Below are positions 39,501-51,990 of a DNA stretch of 64,000 bases, one piece after another; position 1 is the stretch's first letter, and each line of letters opens with the position of its first letter. Position numbers and translations under genes: made by a program. The notes below the pieces were generated by a model. It was not told where the DNA came from. It was given only the letters and a program-made list of their open reading frames with translations, and did no database searches. Source of the stretch: Tubiluchus corallicola (taxonomy: Eukaryota > Animalia > Priapulida); contig JAQGDQ010000383.1 in assembly GCA_030141605.1 (NCBI GenBank), positions 62,001 through 126,000 on the forward strand, given 5' to 3'.

Positions 39501-42500
39501 ACTTTGTTTACTATAGGTATTGTTGTTTATGTGTACTTCAGCATTCTACACGTTCCTGTTTAGATCAAATGGTCTTGGAAACTTTGAACAGCGTTGCCTG
39601 AAGTAAGTTGCTGCGTGTCTCTGTTTTTCAACTATTTGTTTTATTTGCAGTCTACAATTTTGCACATTTAGCGTCCATCACCGCAATCATAGCTGATCCA
39701 AGCGAATTTACTGGTTGTGACTGCTGTGGCTGTGTGGTGTTCTGATAGTCATGTGCATAATAAAGCTGAGAATTGCTAGTGACAAATCTTTACAAACTTG
39801 ACTGGGCTTAGTTATATTACATCATTGTTCTTCTATATATCTACTTTAGCTGGTGCAGGTTTTGGCTTGAAAATAAGATACTGCTATTCCGAGAACTGCC
39901 GTGCTCATAATCATAAAGAAGTCAAAGTGCCCTTTAAGTCTCAATTTTTTTATTTTTTTTTTACAAAAGCTTTCGTCCTTCATGGACTTCATCAGCTGTA
40001 AAGTAGACATACAATAATAAAAATTACAGGTAAAACTGCATGTGAAAAATGAAAAAATTTCAGATTTAAGGGGCACTTTGACTTTTTTATGATTGTGCAA
40101 GTTTTCTGTACACTGTCTTATGGACCACAATTACTAAATTCTACTAAATTCTTTTATGTTTATATTTAGTCCGAGTAAAATATTCCAATTAACTCTGATG
40201 TTGCAGTTACTTTATAAACAAACACTAACATTTTTTTTGTACTATATTGGCCACTTCGAAAACTTAATATGGAGAATCTTTCCTGAAAGCAATTTCGTGC
40301 CATTTTATAAGACTGTAATAAATTTTGCAGGTTTTTAGTTGGATCAAGTGAGATAAACGATGGTAACGAGTTCGAGCAGGAGCAGCAAGACAAAGTGCAA
40401 CAGTTATTATATAAAGCCAAACAATTAATTAGTCTTTCAAAGTTTATATCCGGGTTAATTATTAGAGTGAAAACTGCTCCAAAGCATTGCCTGTGCAATC
40501 ATTCCTATAGCTGTGTGTCTTACGTTGCTCAGGTAAATTTCAGGGTTAAATAATTAAGATGATAATTTCGGTAAATTTCAGAGATAATTAAGATGATAAT
40601 TTCAGGTAAATTTCAGAGATAATTAAGATAATAAGTTCAGGCAAATTAACCTGATCATTTTTTCATTTGATTTACTGCTTGCATTATTTCTTATTTGGCT
40701 ACATCAGCTTCGTTTGTGGCTTACCAAATTGCTGTTTTCCTTGAAGACACTGTATTCACTTTTTGAGCTGCAGTAACTGTTATGAGATAATAGATGCTGT
40801 GGTGTAAAAGACATTATGATAGGTGCATCATAGCAGTGTCTGACATTTTATGTCATCACCAACTTTTTTACCTACTTTGATGCATTAAAAGAGTACATAT
40901 TGCATTATTCTGTTCTAAAAATGCACTAGTAACATAAACAGTGGAATAATTATACAAGTTTGCATTTTTGCTTCTCAACTGACCACTAAATGCTAGCCAT
41001 TTGTATCACGCGAGAACTGGCAGCAAACTTTATGCAAGTAATTTTGCCTGCAACGTTTTGCTACAGTAACATGACTAGATAATATTCCCAAGGTCGCTTA
41101 GCGCTTGGCTTTGTCTCTGCTGCAGTTTATTGTTTAACTGCTGCCTACACTTGAATGTTAACGAAACAGAAATTGCATGGCTAGGTAAGTAAGATATATA
41201 GTCAAGTTCAAGCAAGCAGAAAGAAATTAATTAGTAGAATCATGAGTAAAAATCCTAAAACTTTTTAATTTATATGATTTATATTGATTTTTGCGTCTGG
41301 AACATATCTCAGTTGTTTTACATTACTTTCTAAGGAAGTTTTAGCTTCGTTTAACGACATTTCGCTTCACTTCACATGTTGCTAGAAAACGTTAGCATCG
41401 TTAAGTGAGGACTTGCTGTATATGCATTTTTTATTTACAGTTGATGTCAATATATTAGAATTTGCAAATAATGTTGATGGCCTTTTTTTGAAAAATTTAT
41501 TTTTCATTTAATTTGACTTATATATTAGCTGGTATCAATTTTCTTTGGTTTTTTTAGTATGATCATTTTTGTAATTTTTTTAGGGTTTCATGCGGAATTT
41601 TGTGATTGGTTATGTACTTCAAGGTGCCGTCAAGCTGCTAAGTGCTCTGCGTAGACTTTTCTCTCAGCCTCGATCATTGCTTCTTGCTCTAAAGCATGTG
41701 GACAACTTCAAGTTCGGAGGCTTTTTAGCTGGCTATACTGCTCTGTTTAGGGTAAAAGTTTATATGTTGAATTTGTTTATACGTTTATACGTTTAAACTT
41801 GTGCCTAGGAATTAAGTACATTTTTGCACAAAAGTTGAGCTTTCAGAATTGAGTTGTTTAGAAAATCATTCTTTTGCCCAGCCATTTTTTATTTTGGAAA
41901 TATATGGGCCGTGGTGCAAATGCATAAGCAGGCACTCAGGGGCAGAGTTTATTACCAAAAGTGAGAGGAGTCGGTTTTTTTACTCCTCAGATGTCTGCAT
42001 CTACATAATTTAACCTTTGCACCACTCCAACACTTTAATCTAAGTCTGCACAATGTCCGCGATGCAAATGCAAAAAACGGAAAAACTTAATTGTCAATAA
42101 TTTATTGCTTGTTCTTTTGTGCATAGCTGTGGCTGAGTTCTTGAAATCCACAATGAAAAAATTTGCATCTAGTCTGCTTTAGTAAGTCTATAACGTTCTT
42201 AAATCCTCGTCCGTTTAAAGCCCACAAAAATCTGTGGAGGTTCGCAAGAAATCTGCAGATTTTGACTCCACTCATCTTTGTTTACTACTACTAATGTTGA
42301 ATGATTGTGGATATAATCGAGGATGGTTCTCTAAGGTGAGTCATTCAGTTTGCAAATTTATAGCAATAAAACTTAATATTTCGTAACCCTTTAATGGTGT
42401 TTTAATTTGGAACTCTTTACCTTACTATGCCAAATGTGAACATACCATTTTTAAATATAATATAAGTCTAAAACATTTCATATTAAATAATAATCTAAAT

Positions 42501-43256
42501 ACATATTTTTATAACTCTCCATTACACTAAGTTGCATGATTTCTGGTGCTAATAAACTCATCTTAGTGTAATGTATGGTATCTTTATTAGTTATATGTCA
42601 TACAAAAATAAAGAAGAAGTATTAACCAAGAAGTGCTGAGGATGTTCTAATGCTGTTTTTCCTGGCATGACTCCATACTGATTTTTGCAGTCATTGATTG
42701 ATCTCATCTGATTGATCAGTCTCTGTTTTATATTCTCGTGTGAATATAATCTTCATTTTCACCATCATCACATTGACTTTTCATTGTCATTTTCTTACCC
42801 TCATTATCACCCTGGTATTTCATTTTTCTTGCATATCGTATTTTGTACCTTCTACGTCTTTTCTTTTCATTTTGCCCTTCTGCTCAGGCCTGAAAAAGTT
42901 CATCTTCTTGGCATGAACCGATATCTCAATATCTAGTGAAACTTTAATTTTTGTTTTGTTTGCAGCAGCAATAGCTTATATTGTAATGCATGTAACATTG
43001 TATTACATTATGGCATTTTGGAATTTAAACTAAACCAATGAGCATTCTGAGTTAAAAACTACTGCAAACTCAGCACATTTTGTTTATGTGAACAGTTGAT
43101 ATGTTGCTCACTAAGATGGCTTCGTGGTCATGACAGTCCGTTTCATACTGCGGTTGCCGGATTCATTGCTGGTACCTCTATGACGCTTTACCCTAGTACA
43201 TCTATTGCATTATACCTTTTTTGGAAGTTGCTAGAGGTAAATTTATTAACATATAC

Positions 43257-43287
<31 letters not shown>

Positions 43288-46200
43288 CAGTAGGCGCCGC
43301 TTAATATACTCACTTTGACCCAATTAACCGACTGAACCTATTGACCGATGGGTGCAGTATTACTCGTACAGAAGTATGAGTTACCAGCTTAGTATGCACT
43401 GCAAAGGTTTTTAATGAATTTTAGAAACGAAGTAATGCCTAAACTCCTTTGTGCAGTTAAAAATTGAAAAAATGTTTCAAAATATTCATTTATAGAAGTG
43501 AATTAACAATAAATTAAAAGGTATACTTTTCTAAATCACACAAGTCTGTTTATTTGCAAAAGTTACAGAAATTCCTTCAAACTTGGCTGCTTGATTTTAT
43601 CACGAAGAAGTTTGCTTACAAAGTTCTCATAATGATAAAAACTTAATAATGAAATTAATAATAATAATGATAATAATGAAAATCTGTTGTTGTATGATGC
43701 ACAAATTTTCGTAAAATGTTTAGTGCTTGGCGTGCTTAAACTGTTGGTGGAACCCATGCTTCCCCGCAAGTAGCTGCGTCTGTAATTTCGCCTAAGCTCC
43801 CACTTGCTATAATTATGATATACTTCCTGTACTGTACCTGCATCCCTGGCATAACAGCAACATTTAACTGATTAAACTTTCTGGTAAAAACAGCCAGATT
43901 AATTGCAGTGGACCGGCGGGTCAAAGCAAACCATTAGGCTAGCATATGATAAACGTTCCTGCTTACAAACAAAACTGTACTTAACATGATTGTTAGTATG
44001 TATATTATAGGACAAGAGCAAACTAAGATGTTATAAAAGTCATAAAAGCTTACTAGTCACACAAAAGTGTCTTATTGAAGCATGTGAAGCAATAATATTG
44101 AGTCAATTATGCGGAGTTATTTAAGTCAATTACCTACAGTTTTTATGTACATTTGAATAGAAGCGGCCCGTACCAGGCGTTTTTGAGTCAAATAAGTGAT
44201 TGAGTCTATTAAGAGGCACCTACTGTATATATATTATTCACATTCTGCTTTATGTTCTTATTATGGAAAATGTCCTATAGTATATAGGGACAGCTCTGCA
44301 ATGTGTTCGTAACATAAACGGGAAATGCCTTGGTTTCCTGGATTCCTCACGAATCATATGTAAATCAGTTAATTTGCAGCAGCTATTATCATCCTATATT
44401 AGCTTCAACAACCTATGTGAAATTAAAAACAAACTGGTATTTATGCGTGATGCTTAATGCTAAAGTAAAATAGCAATCACATACTAAACAATTTTGCTAT
44501 TCTCATGTATTCTAAAATTTGCTTGTAAAATCTTGAAAGAATTAAGAGTTGATATTAAAGGAAATGAAAATTTTTTAAATCCACCTTTTATAAACTTTGC
44601 TTCATTTGAACATCTGATTAATAAGTAAAATTGATATGCTTAGCACTGTAAATCTGGATAACCTGTGCAGCAAATGATTTTTATTATATTACTTTCCTAA
44701 AAATCTACGGAGAGCGTTCTGGAATTAGGCGAATTTAGTTAAACTTGTAAAATAACGTTACCTTGTATTGTTTCTCGTTTATAATAGTCAATTGCAAAAG
44801 GGTAGTACGTATTAATTTTTATAAGGTTCTACACCGTGTTTGTTGCATTCAAAAGATGAAGATTCAAAATCAAAAGATGAAGCTTTAAAACCATAACTTA
44901 AATCTTCATCTAGGAATTTATCATTTATTATTATAATTTTCAATTTAATTGTCGCATATTGCTTATTTTGTAAATGATATTCTAAAATTTCTGCATGTAC
45001 TACACACCACCTGTGCTGCAAAGCTGATTCATTTTTTTTTGCTTATTTTAGGTTTTATATTACAAAGGCATAGAAGCCAGCTACTTACCCACTTTCAAAC
45101 ATTTTGATATCTTCATTTATTCCGTTTCTACGGCACTTATGTTTCATTCGGTAAATTTTGTTGTTTGAATATTTTGCTTTAAATTAAATAGTTAGATACA
45201 TACAAGATATTAGTTCGTGAAGCAGACTAGAGTTAGGGTTTGGGTTAGGGTGTTTAAATTGTGTGGGGAATTGTAAACTCCTTCCAAATAGTTTAATGGG
45301 TCTAGACTTCCTGAAACATAACATAAAGATTTACATTAATATAGTTTTTAAATAACCCTTGACTGTGTTAGAAATACGGTACCTCTAACCTACTTACCTG
45401 TATTTTCTAATTTATATTGTAGTGAGATGAGTTCCATGTAGTCGCACACCATATTTCACTCGTTTTATGAATTCCTGCCAATTTACACAAAATAAGTTTT
45501 TTAACATGTAGTGAATATCTATGTTGATCAATTTTTGAGAACTGTGGTGAATTATAAAATATTTACTATTGGGGCAGTTAAAAATATATGGTATTGAATC
45601 TTGTTTTAGGCCTGCTGATACTATTATGGCAGTACTTGCGTTCTAAAGCTGAGCAGCATTCGTTTGTACACGTAAAAGGATAACTTTTCGTTTGCTTTAT
45701 TATAAACATTTTCAGGCAATATTTGAGCCACAAAATATGAGACCAGCATACTGGGAATTCCTAAAACGTCTGACCGACAACAGGTAGGTTTAATTATTTT
45801 AGAATTTTATTTTGTTGAAAACTATTGGCGTTAAGGTTAGGGATGCACCGAATATTTGGATCGCGGAATTTTTTCCGAATATCAGTATAAAAATCCGGTC
45901 CGGTAAACTTTGGCTGTAATCACAAAAACTGCGGTGAACATTCGGTTTACCAAACCATACTTTAATAATTGTCACATTTGGCAAAAAGTGCATTACACAA
46001 ATGCACGTTTCCGAATATTTTCTTAATACGTGTACTTACAAAAAATTACAAAAAAGACTGACAGTAAACAGTTAACTCGATACAGCAAGCTACATTTCGC
46101 TTTTTGTTTCTGTATGATAACTCAAAGACTGCAATGCACCAGTGGTACACAAGTCGCATCAAAGTGCGGTAGCATGGTGGTGCTATATTCGCGTATACAC

Positions 46201-49200
46201 GGCAAAACATATGGAAATTCGAGCTAGTGAAGGACTACAGTATCACTGCACTGCCATTTTGCTCAAACAATACATGTCAGCGTGTTGAAAGTGCAGACTC
46301 GTGGTAATTAGTAAATATTTAATACTCTACTACAGTAACCATTAAATAAAAAATAGATTTGATTATCAGAACAGTTTTACACAGCTCACAATCACAACTA
46401 ACATAAAACGTTTTAAACATTGCAATTTACAAAGTTTTTAAAGTTACTTTTATTTGGAATGTTTTGTATTTCCATTAATATTACAAGAACATTCGGTTCG
46501 GCTTTGGCAAAAAATTTGGTTCGGTGTTCCGAAGTTGGTATTTTATTTAGAATTTGGTTCTGTGCATAGACGTTCATTCAGTTAAGCTTCGTTCAGTGGC
46601 ACCTGATCATAAAAAAAGTTTGGCTTTGGTTCAGTTGATGAAAATATGCATTTAGTGCACCCCTAGTTAAGTCTTAAAGCATGTGCGTCGCATCAAAGTA
46701 ATAAAAAATACATAGACATCATTTCAAACTCAGTATTACTATTGGATGCTGATGCCACCAACTTGCTATATGTTTTCATGATTGAACTACTTATCACTGT
46801 ATTAAATTGCAAATGAAGTACTATATGTTGTATGGAGCATCTACCCGGGCTGGCACTTTTTTGTTCAAGAACAGAACATTTCAATCAAGTGCGTAGTCTT
46901 TTATTTATTTCTGTTGATTAGCTAATACAGTTATGCTTCTGTTTGTAGTACCTCAATTTTTTATCTCACCAAGTTTGCATGAATATATTCTTGTGACAAG
47001 TTAATAAAGTTTTCAAGTCGGTTGGGTTGAGCGATGGCTGCTGTAGCAAGTTTCCTGTTAGCAAAGTTTAATTTTTGCTTTGGCTGCTTTATACATAGTT
47101 TTTAGTCATGTTACCACAACTTCATTTTGGTGGTTTTTAAAATGCTGCATTGCACTACATTATCAAGATATTGTGTTTTGTTAACACTCCTTGTTTAAGT
47201 GCTTCAGAGGCATAGCAAAGAGGGTGGAGCGACAGGGAGCAAACGTCCCCAGCCACAAGGGTGAGAAGGCGCAAAATGCTTCTAGAGTGTAATGCCTGTT
47301 AATTATTTATTGCTAGTCCAACATTAGCTGTTTACAAAAGTTTTCAAGCTACAACAAAACTGCCTAGTCAGAGATCATCGTAGCAAACTCAGTTTCTATG
47401 TACAGCCTAGAAAAAAGGCTAATGTTGTTGCTTAATGGCATGTGGATTGCACGTCCCCGCGCGTGGCTTAGCAGCTTGATAATTTTGGGAAAAACAGTGG
47501 CGTTTCTCTAAATGCCAATTGTATCACCGTGAAAACCTGTAGTGTTCTGAATCTCATAATCTTTGCATGTTTTAATGCTGGAGCTGAATGTCTAATGCCT
47601 GTCGTGTTACTAGCATCTTTCCTAGACATAGAAAAGAGTTATTTTGGTGGAGTACATATCTAACTCAGGGTGATTTTTAGAAAAAAAATCACTTATCCGA
47701 ATGGGTCTCGGGGACAGAAAAAATGTGCACAGTTTGCGGCTTCACCCGTGAAACAAATAATCAAAACATTGAAATGTTAGGGCTCCAGAAATGTTTTTAC
47801 CCCCTGGCACTGCAAACACTTGCTACGCCACTGAAGTGCATACAGCAGATTTTGCTTTGCACATCAGCGATAATTAGTTTTTCATTTTAATGAATTTAAA
47901 CTGTTCAGTGTTTACTGCACAGGCAGTTTAGAGTTTGCCTCAAAGAATAACTAATGAATTTTTGACAGAGTTGCAGAGTTCAACCGTCACTTACTTGAGC
48001 CGTACGGAACACACGCATCACAAAAATTTCTTCATTTTTGGCCGAGATTTAACAGCAAATATGCTCCTCTACTTGGAGATAGTTTAACATGAGATGAAAT
48101 AATGATGATAATATAACAATGTTCGGGTTTTTACATTTTTGCATTTAATTTTGTACAGAAATTTTATGTTTTAATGTTATGGTGTCATCTTCTATTCACA
48201 TTAGATTATTATTATTTTACAGTTCCATTATGATGAGCAAAGCACTCAGCTTTCAGTATTAATTTTGTTTTGCATGCCTGTTATTTTTGCAATTATTGAT
48301 TTGTACATTTTATATTTTGCTTTGCAACCTAACAACACCAGCATTGCTACAATTAACTATCAATCTTTTGTAGAACCTGACAAGTAATTATAGAAGCTAT
48401 ATCTCTTATAAGTAAATCCTGAATAAGTGTATGTATTTGCAAATGTATTTTCTGTCTGTCTGTCTTTCTGTTTATTCACGTGCCTTTTTAACTGTCACAC
48501 GATCTACTTTTTGAAAGATGAACATTCATAGGAATACAACTTCTTTGGTAGAAGTTTAATTATTATTTTATTAACTTTAGCTTCTTGGTTACTCACTTTG
48601 CACATTTTGTAGCAATACAGCGTGTTCAGGGTTTTAAGTATTTGCTTGTCAGTTGCAGTGCCTTTACTTGCCTAGCAATTAGTTACGGTTTAGCTACTGT
48701 TTTCGTTGATGACTAAAGATATACATACGAGAACCATTTGCTAGATATTAGAGCATAATCATATTAAAGAGGAACAGCCCTATTAGAACAACAATTCGCA
48801 TACTACATAGTGTAGTAATGTCAATTAGGTGGACATCATTCATAACCACAGATATTTGAGTATGCATGCACTATGTCAACTTTAATGCTCCTTGCTGTTC
48901 ATTCTTGTATTATAACGTGAGTATACTTTTCAACTTTTCCGTAAGCTCGTCTTGTTTTTATATGTTCTGTTTCAGGTTTCAGGAAATGAACAGGCATTTA
49001 TTAGAAGTATATGGCACTAATCCTACAGCGTTTTTCCCAAATTTTTGGCCTGCTTATAATCGAGCCTATACTAGTCTCTCTGAGCCTGTTCTTTATAAAT
49101 GAAATATTTTTGCTTAAAAGTTGTGCAGACTATTAACTGATGATTCTACCAATTGTGTTAACAACAATATTTCACAATTTGTTAAAAAAATTGTGTAAGA

Positions 49201-49965
49201 TTTTGACTTACTATCCCACGTGTGAAATTTTTTCTTTATTGATACATGCTAAAATACATGCTTGTAATTTAGTTTTTATTGCGAGAAGTCTGGTTAATTC
49301 AGTGACTGACTTGCAACTACATTTTCTTGCTGAATTAGTGATTTAACTAAACAAATCATCTTTAGTGTAACTTGTGTGCTATAGTTTTCTTTTTTCTCTA
49401 ATGTAGCACCACTGACATTCATAACAAATCATGTGATAGAATCATAATGGTAACTTCTTGCATTTAGAAAAAAACGTTCTGATTTCAAATAACTTATACT
49501 TTATAATAACATATACTTTCAAATAAAATATTTTATACAATGATGACCAAGTTTTTAAAACATTTATAGTATTGTATCGATAAGAATATTTCCTGATGTC
49601 ATCATGGAATTTCTGAAACTTCACTATTGTATGTTAGATGTGCGTGAATGTGCGATGGTGGGTGCATTGGTGAGGGTGTGTGTGTGTGTGTGTGTGCGTG
49701 CGTGCGTGCGTGTGCCCGTTATTTGATTCTTTGTGTGGTTGGGAATATTGCCTAAAGTCTGTTTGAAATGCAGTTTCGGGTATATCTGGCATTCTGTTTT
49801 CATTGCAGATTCATCACTGTAAATCGACCTTTAGTCGACCTCTGGTATGGTTCACAGTCTTCATTGATGTACCCTAAACTGCAGTTCTTTCTTGACACAA
49901 AGTACACTAGCCACGCATATGATATATATAGAAGGTTTGCAGAGGGAACAGGTATAACTCTTTAA
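33537..49965 (+). CDS. TMEM135: Transmembrane protein 135 (PMP52); 10 shared exons plus one of three alternative last exons (454/455/465 aa)
   Basis: Shared exons 33537-33692, 37291-37418, 38471-38563, 39289-39388, 39517-39602, 40331-40532, 41584-41751, 43096-43236, 45052-45150 and 45716-45783 are all GT-AG and in frame. MSALSK, NCYELGHTW, ERKSRR, YKGIEA and RPAYWEFL match TMEM135. Confidence 0.95.
34930..35200 (-). mobile_element. CR1-type LINE ORF2 3' end in TMEM135 intron 1
   Basis: Minus strand RLN...SFTNRVVNIWNAL. Confidence 0.7.
39906..40097. mobile_element. Palindromic MITE-like element, family copy 2
   Basis: About 55-bp inverted arms (CATAATCATAAAGAAGTCAAAGTGCCC...). Shares AAGCTTTCGTC..ATGGA.TTCATC.GCTG with the copy at 6050. 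Confidence 0.7.
40530..40648 (+). repeat. About 34-40 bp minisatellite starting at the TMEM135 exon-6 donor
   Basis: Three units of GGTAAATTTCAG..ATAATTAAGAT.ATAA.TTC plus a partial fourth. Confidence 0.85.
43288..44225. mobile_element. Non-autonomous Tc1/mariner-pogo-type element, 938 bp
   Basis: 25-bp TIRs CAGTAGGCGCCGCTTAATATACTCA and CAGTAGGTGCCTCTTAATAGACTCA (22/25). TA on both sides, inserted in a (TA)n tract. Confidence 0.85.
45838..46665. mobile_element. Non-autonomous hAT element, 828 bp
   Basis: TIRs TAGGGATGCACCGAAT and TAGGGGTGCACTAAAT (13/16). 8-bp flanks GTTAAGGT and GTTAAGTC (6/8). Subterminal TTCGG repeats. Confidence 0.75.
47205..47833. mobile_element. Non-autonomous hAT element, 629 bp
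   Basis: TIRs CAGAGGCATAGCAA and CAGTGGCGTAGCAA (12/14). 8-bp TSD AAGTGCTT and AAGTGCAT (7/8). Confidence 0.8.
47969..48092 (+). CDS. TMEM135: TMEM135 alternative last exon A (RVAEFNRHLLEPYGTHASQKFLHFWPRFNSKYAPLLGDSLT*)
   Basis: Branch-point-like CTAAT and ttttgacag acceptor. Phase 2 matches the exon-10 donor. Homologous to the TMEM135 C-terminus. Confidence 0.85.
48976..49102 (+). CDS. TMEM135: TMEM135 alternative last exon B (RFQEMNRHLLEVYGTNPTAFFPNFWPAYNRAYTSLSEPVLYK*)
   Basis: ttctgtttcag acceptor, phase 2, open to its own stop. AATAAA at 49522-49527. Confidence 0.87.
49676..49714 (+). repeat. (GT)n(GCGT)n tract upstream of TMEM135 last exon C
   Basis: Direct reading; ends about 95 nt before the acceptor. 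Confidence 0.9.
49809..49965 (+). CDS. TMEM135: TMEM135 alternative last exon C (RFITVNRPLVDLWYGSQSSLMYPKLQFFLDTKYTSHAYDIYRRFAEGTGITL*)
   Basis: ttttcattgcag acceptor, phase 2. Keeps the NR..(L/V)D...G...S and D.KYT pattern. AATAAA at 50006-50011. Confidence 0.75.
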
Positions 49966-51869
49966 TGTGGCATTTCTTAAAAATATTTTAAAACAAATTT
50001 TCAGAAATAAAAGATCAGTTGAGCTTTAAGTTTTGGTGAATTATTTTGTTATTGCTTGTAGTAATGTATGTGTCATCTGATCTGTGCAAATTCATGCCCT
50101 GCAACTCCTACATGATACTGAAATTGGGGAAAATTCTGTGAAGTATTAAGAGCTATCTTAATAATTCAGTGAGATAAGAAAAGTTTGATGTATCTGGGAA
50201 GTGGATAAAGATCTCATTCAGGTTAGGAATACCAGCATTTGTTTAACGTTTGGTCTAACTGCTTTATGATTCTGTGATAAAAGATTCTGTCAGTGATTTT
50301 GTTAAACTCTTATGGTGACATGTGGTATATTTTTGAGCAATGCATAGTTTATAATAATTATTTCAAAATGCAGTATTTGTAGTGTAATTTTGAATAATAG
50401 TGTCCTATGCTGAACGGAAGTCACTTACTCTTATTAGTGTTTGCCTTTTTTATGCTTATATGTAGTACAGTATATTTTATTTCAGTCATTATAAGTTTTC
50501 AAGTGGAAAAAAATTAATGAAATTAGTACAAGTTTTGTTTTATGATAAATGGTGCATGGTATCTCAACACAATAATTTGTAAAAAAACACAATACACTAT
50601 CATTGTGATCAGTAATAATCTATGAACTACAGTATAATAGAATAATTTTGTTGAGGCATGCTTTTACGTTGCAAGTTGCAATAGGCAAGCATGTTGCAAG
50701 CCATGTTGGGTATCTCCTATTAATTTGTCATAATATTATTTTACTGAACTGACTGTAAGGCCACATTTTATTTGTTATCATGTTGATACTGTAATTTACC
50801 TGTCAAATCGTAGTTGTATCGGAATAAATTTATATTTTTATGATTTTTAAGAAATAATAATTATTGTTTCTTACATGAGTTGTCATTTTTATTTCAAACT
50901 GATATTGTTAATAATTAGTTCATACAGCAGTAACACAGAAACAGTTCGACTTGCACACCATGGCATTCAGCTATTTTCTTACTCTGCAAAATGCCTATTA
51001 GAAGTACTTCCTCAGGTAGCTCAGAACTTCTTGCCCTTACGACGTTATTTCATTGCATTAATGGGGCCATTAACATTAGTGATTTGACTTGTAAAGAACT
51101 AAGAAAATCAACTGAGAATTCGACAAATTAAACATCCGAAAGGAAAAACTCGACTTTTTGCCAGGAAATTATCGCTGTCAGCTATAGCAAAACCAGAAAT
51201 AACTAAAGCTGAGACTGTTACAAAATAATTGTAATTGTAACCTATTATCGCTTCAGCATGTATTTTTACATTACAATTTGCATTATTATCTTTATAACTA
51301 TTATGCACTATAACTAGAATATGGAATATAGTTACAATAATTGCAATAGAACTACATTAGTATTAGCATGGTGTAGTTAGGGAAAAAATTACAAATTACA
51401 AAAATTTAACAGAAGTATATTAACATAGTTAGTAAACTACATATTAGTTTGTCAACAAGAAATAGATGCTGCATGGAGGTCAAGAAGCAAAGCATGTAAG
51501 ACCACAACCCTTCAAAACAACTTGAAATCTGGAATACATGTAATTGCAATTAACGATAATTATCGTAACAGGTTGAAGCTCATGGAACTGATTTTAGAGT
51601 AGCCAGACCTTATCAAAACAAGATAAAAACCTTGGCTTTGGAGGGAGGGGCAGCAGAATGCTGTATGATAGAAATCCCATTAGTTATTATAATGATTTTT
51701 ATGCAAATGGTATTCTGTAGTTTAATTAAGCCCACGGTTCGTTGTACTTGCTATAACCTGAATACACTGCTAGAATAATCTGCTATACAGTTCAGTGAAA
51801 TATCTAATAATTTATCGCAACGGCAGAGTAATATGGCAGTTTAAACAAGTGTTAAATTTTGGGTATTTC

Positions 51870-51990
51870 ATTTGCTTCATTTTGCATACAGTACCATTAT
51901 ACCATGAAAGGAATAATCTGCCTGCCATGGTGATTGCCGCACCAACCACAGTAAAGTTTAAATCCCTAATCGACAATTATTTTGCGAAAA
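51870..51990 (+). mobile_element. CR1-type LINE ORF2 3' end remnant
   Basis: NNLPAMVIAAPTTVKFKSLIDNYF resembles the WNxLP..V..A....FK..LD terminus. Confidence 0.55.
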
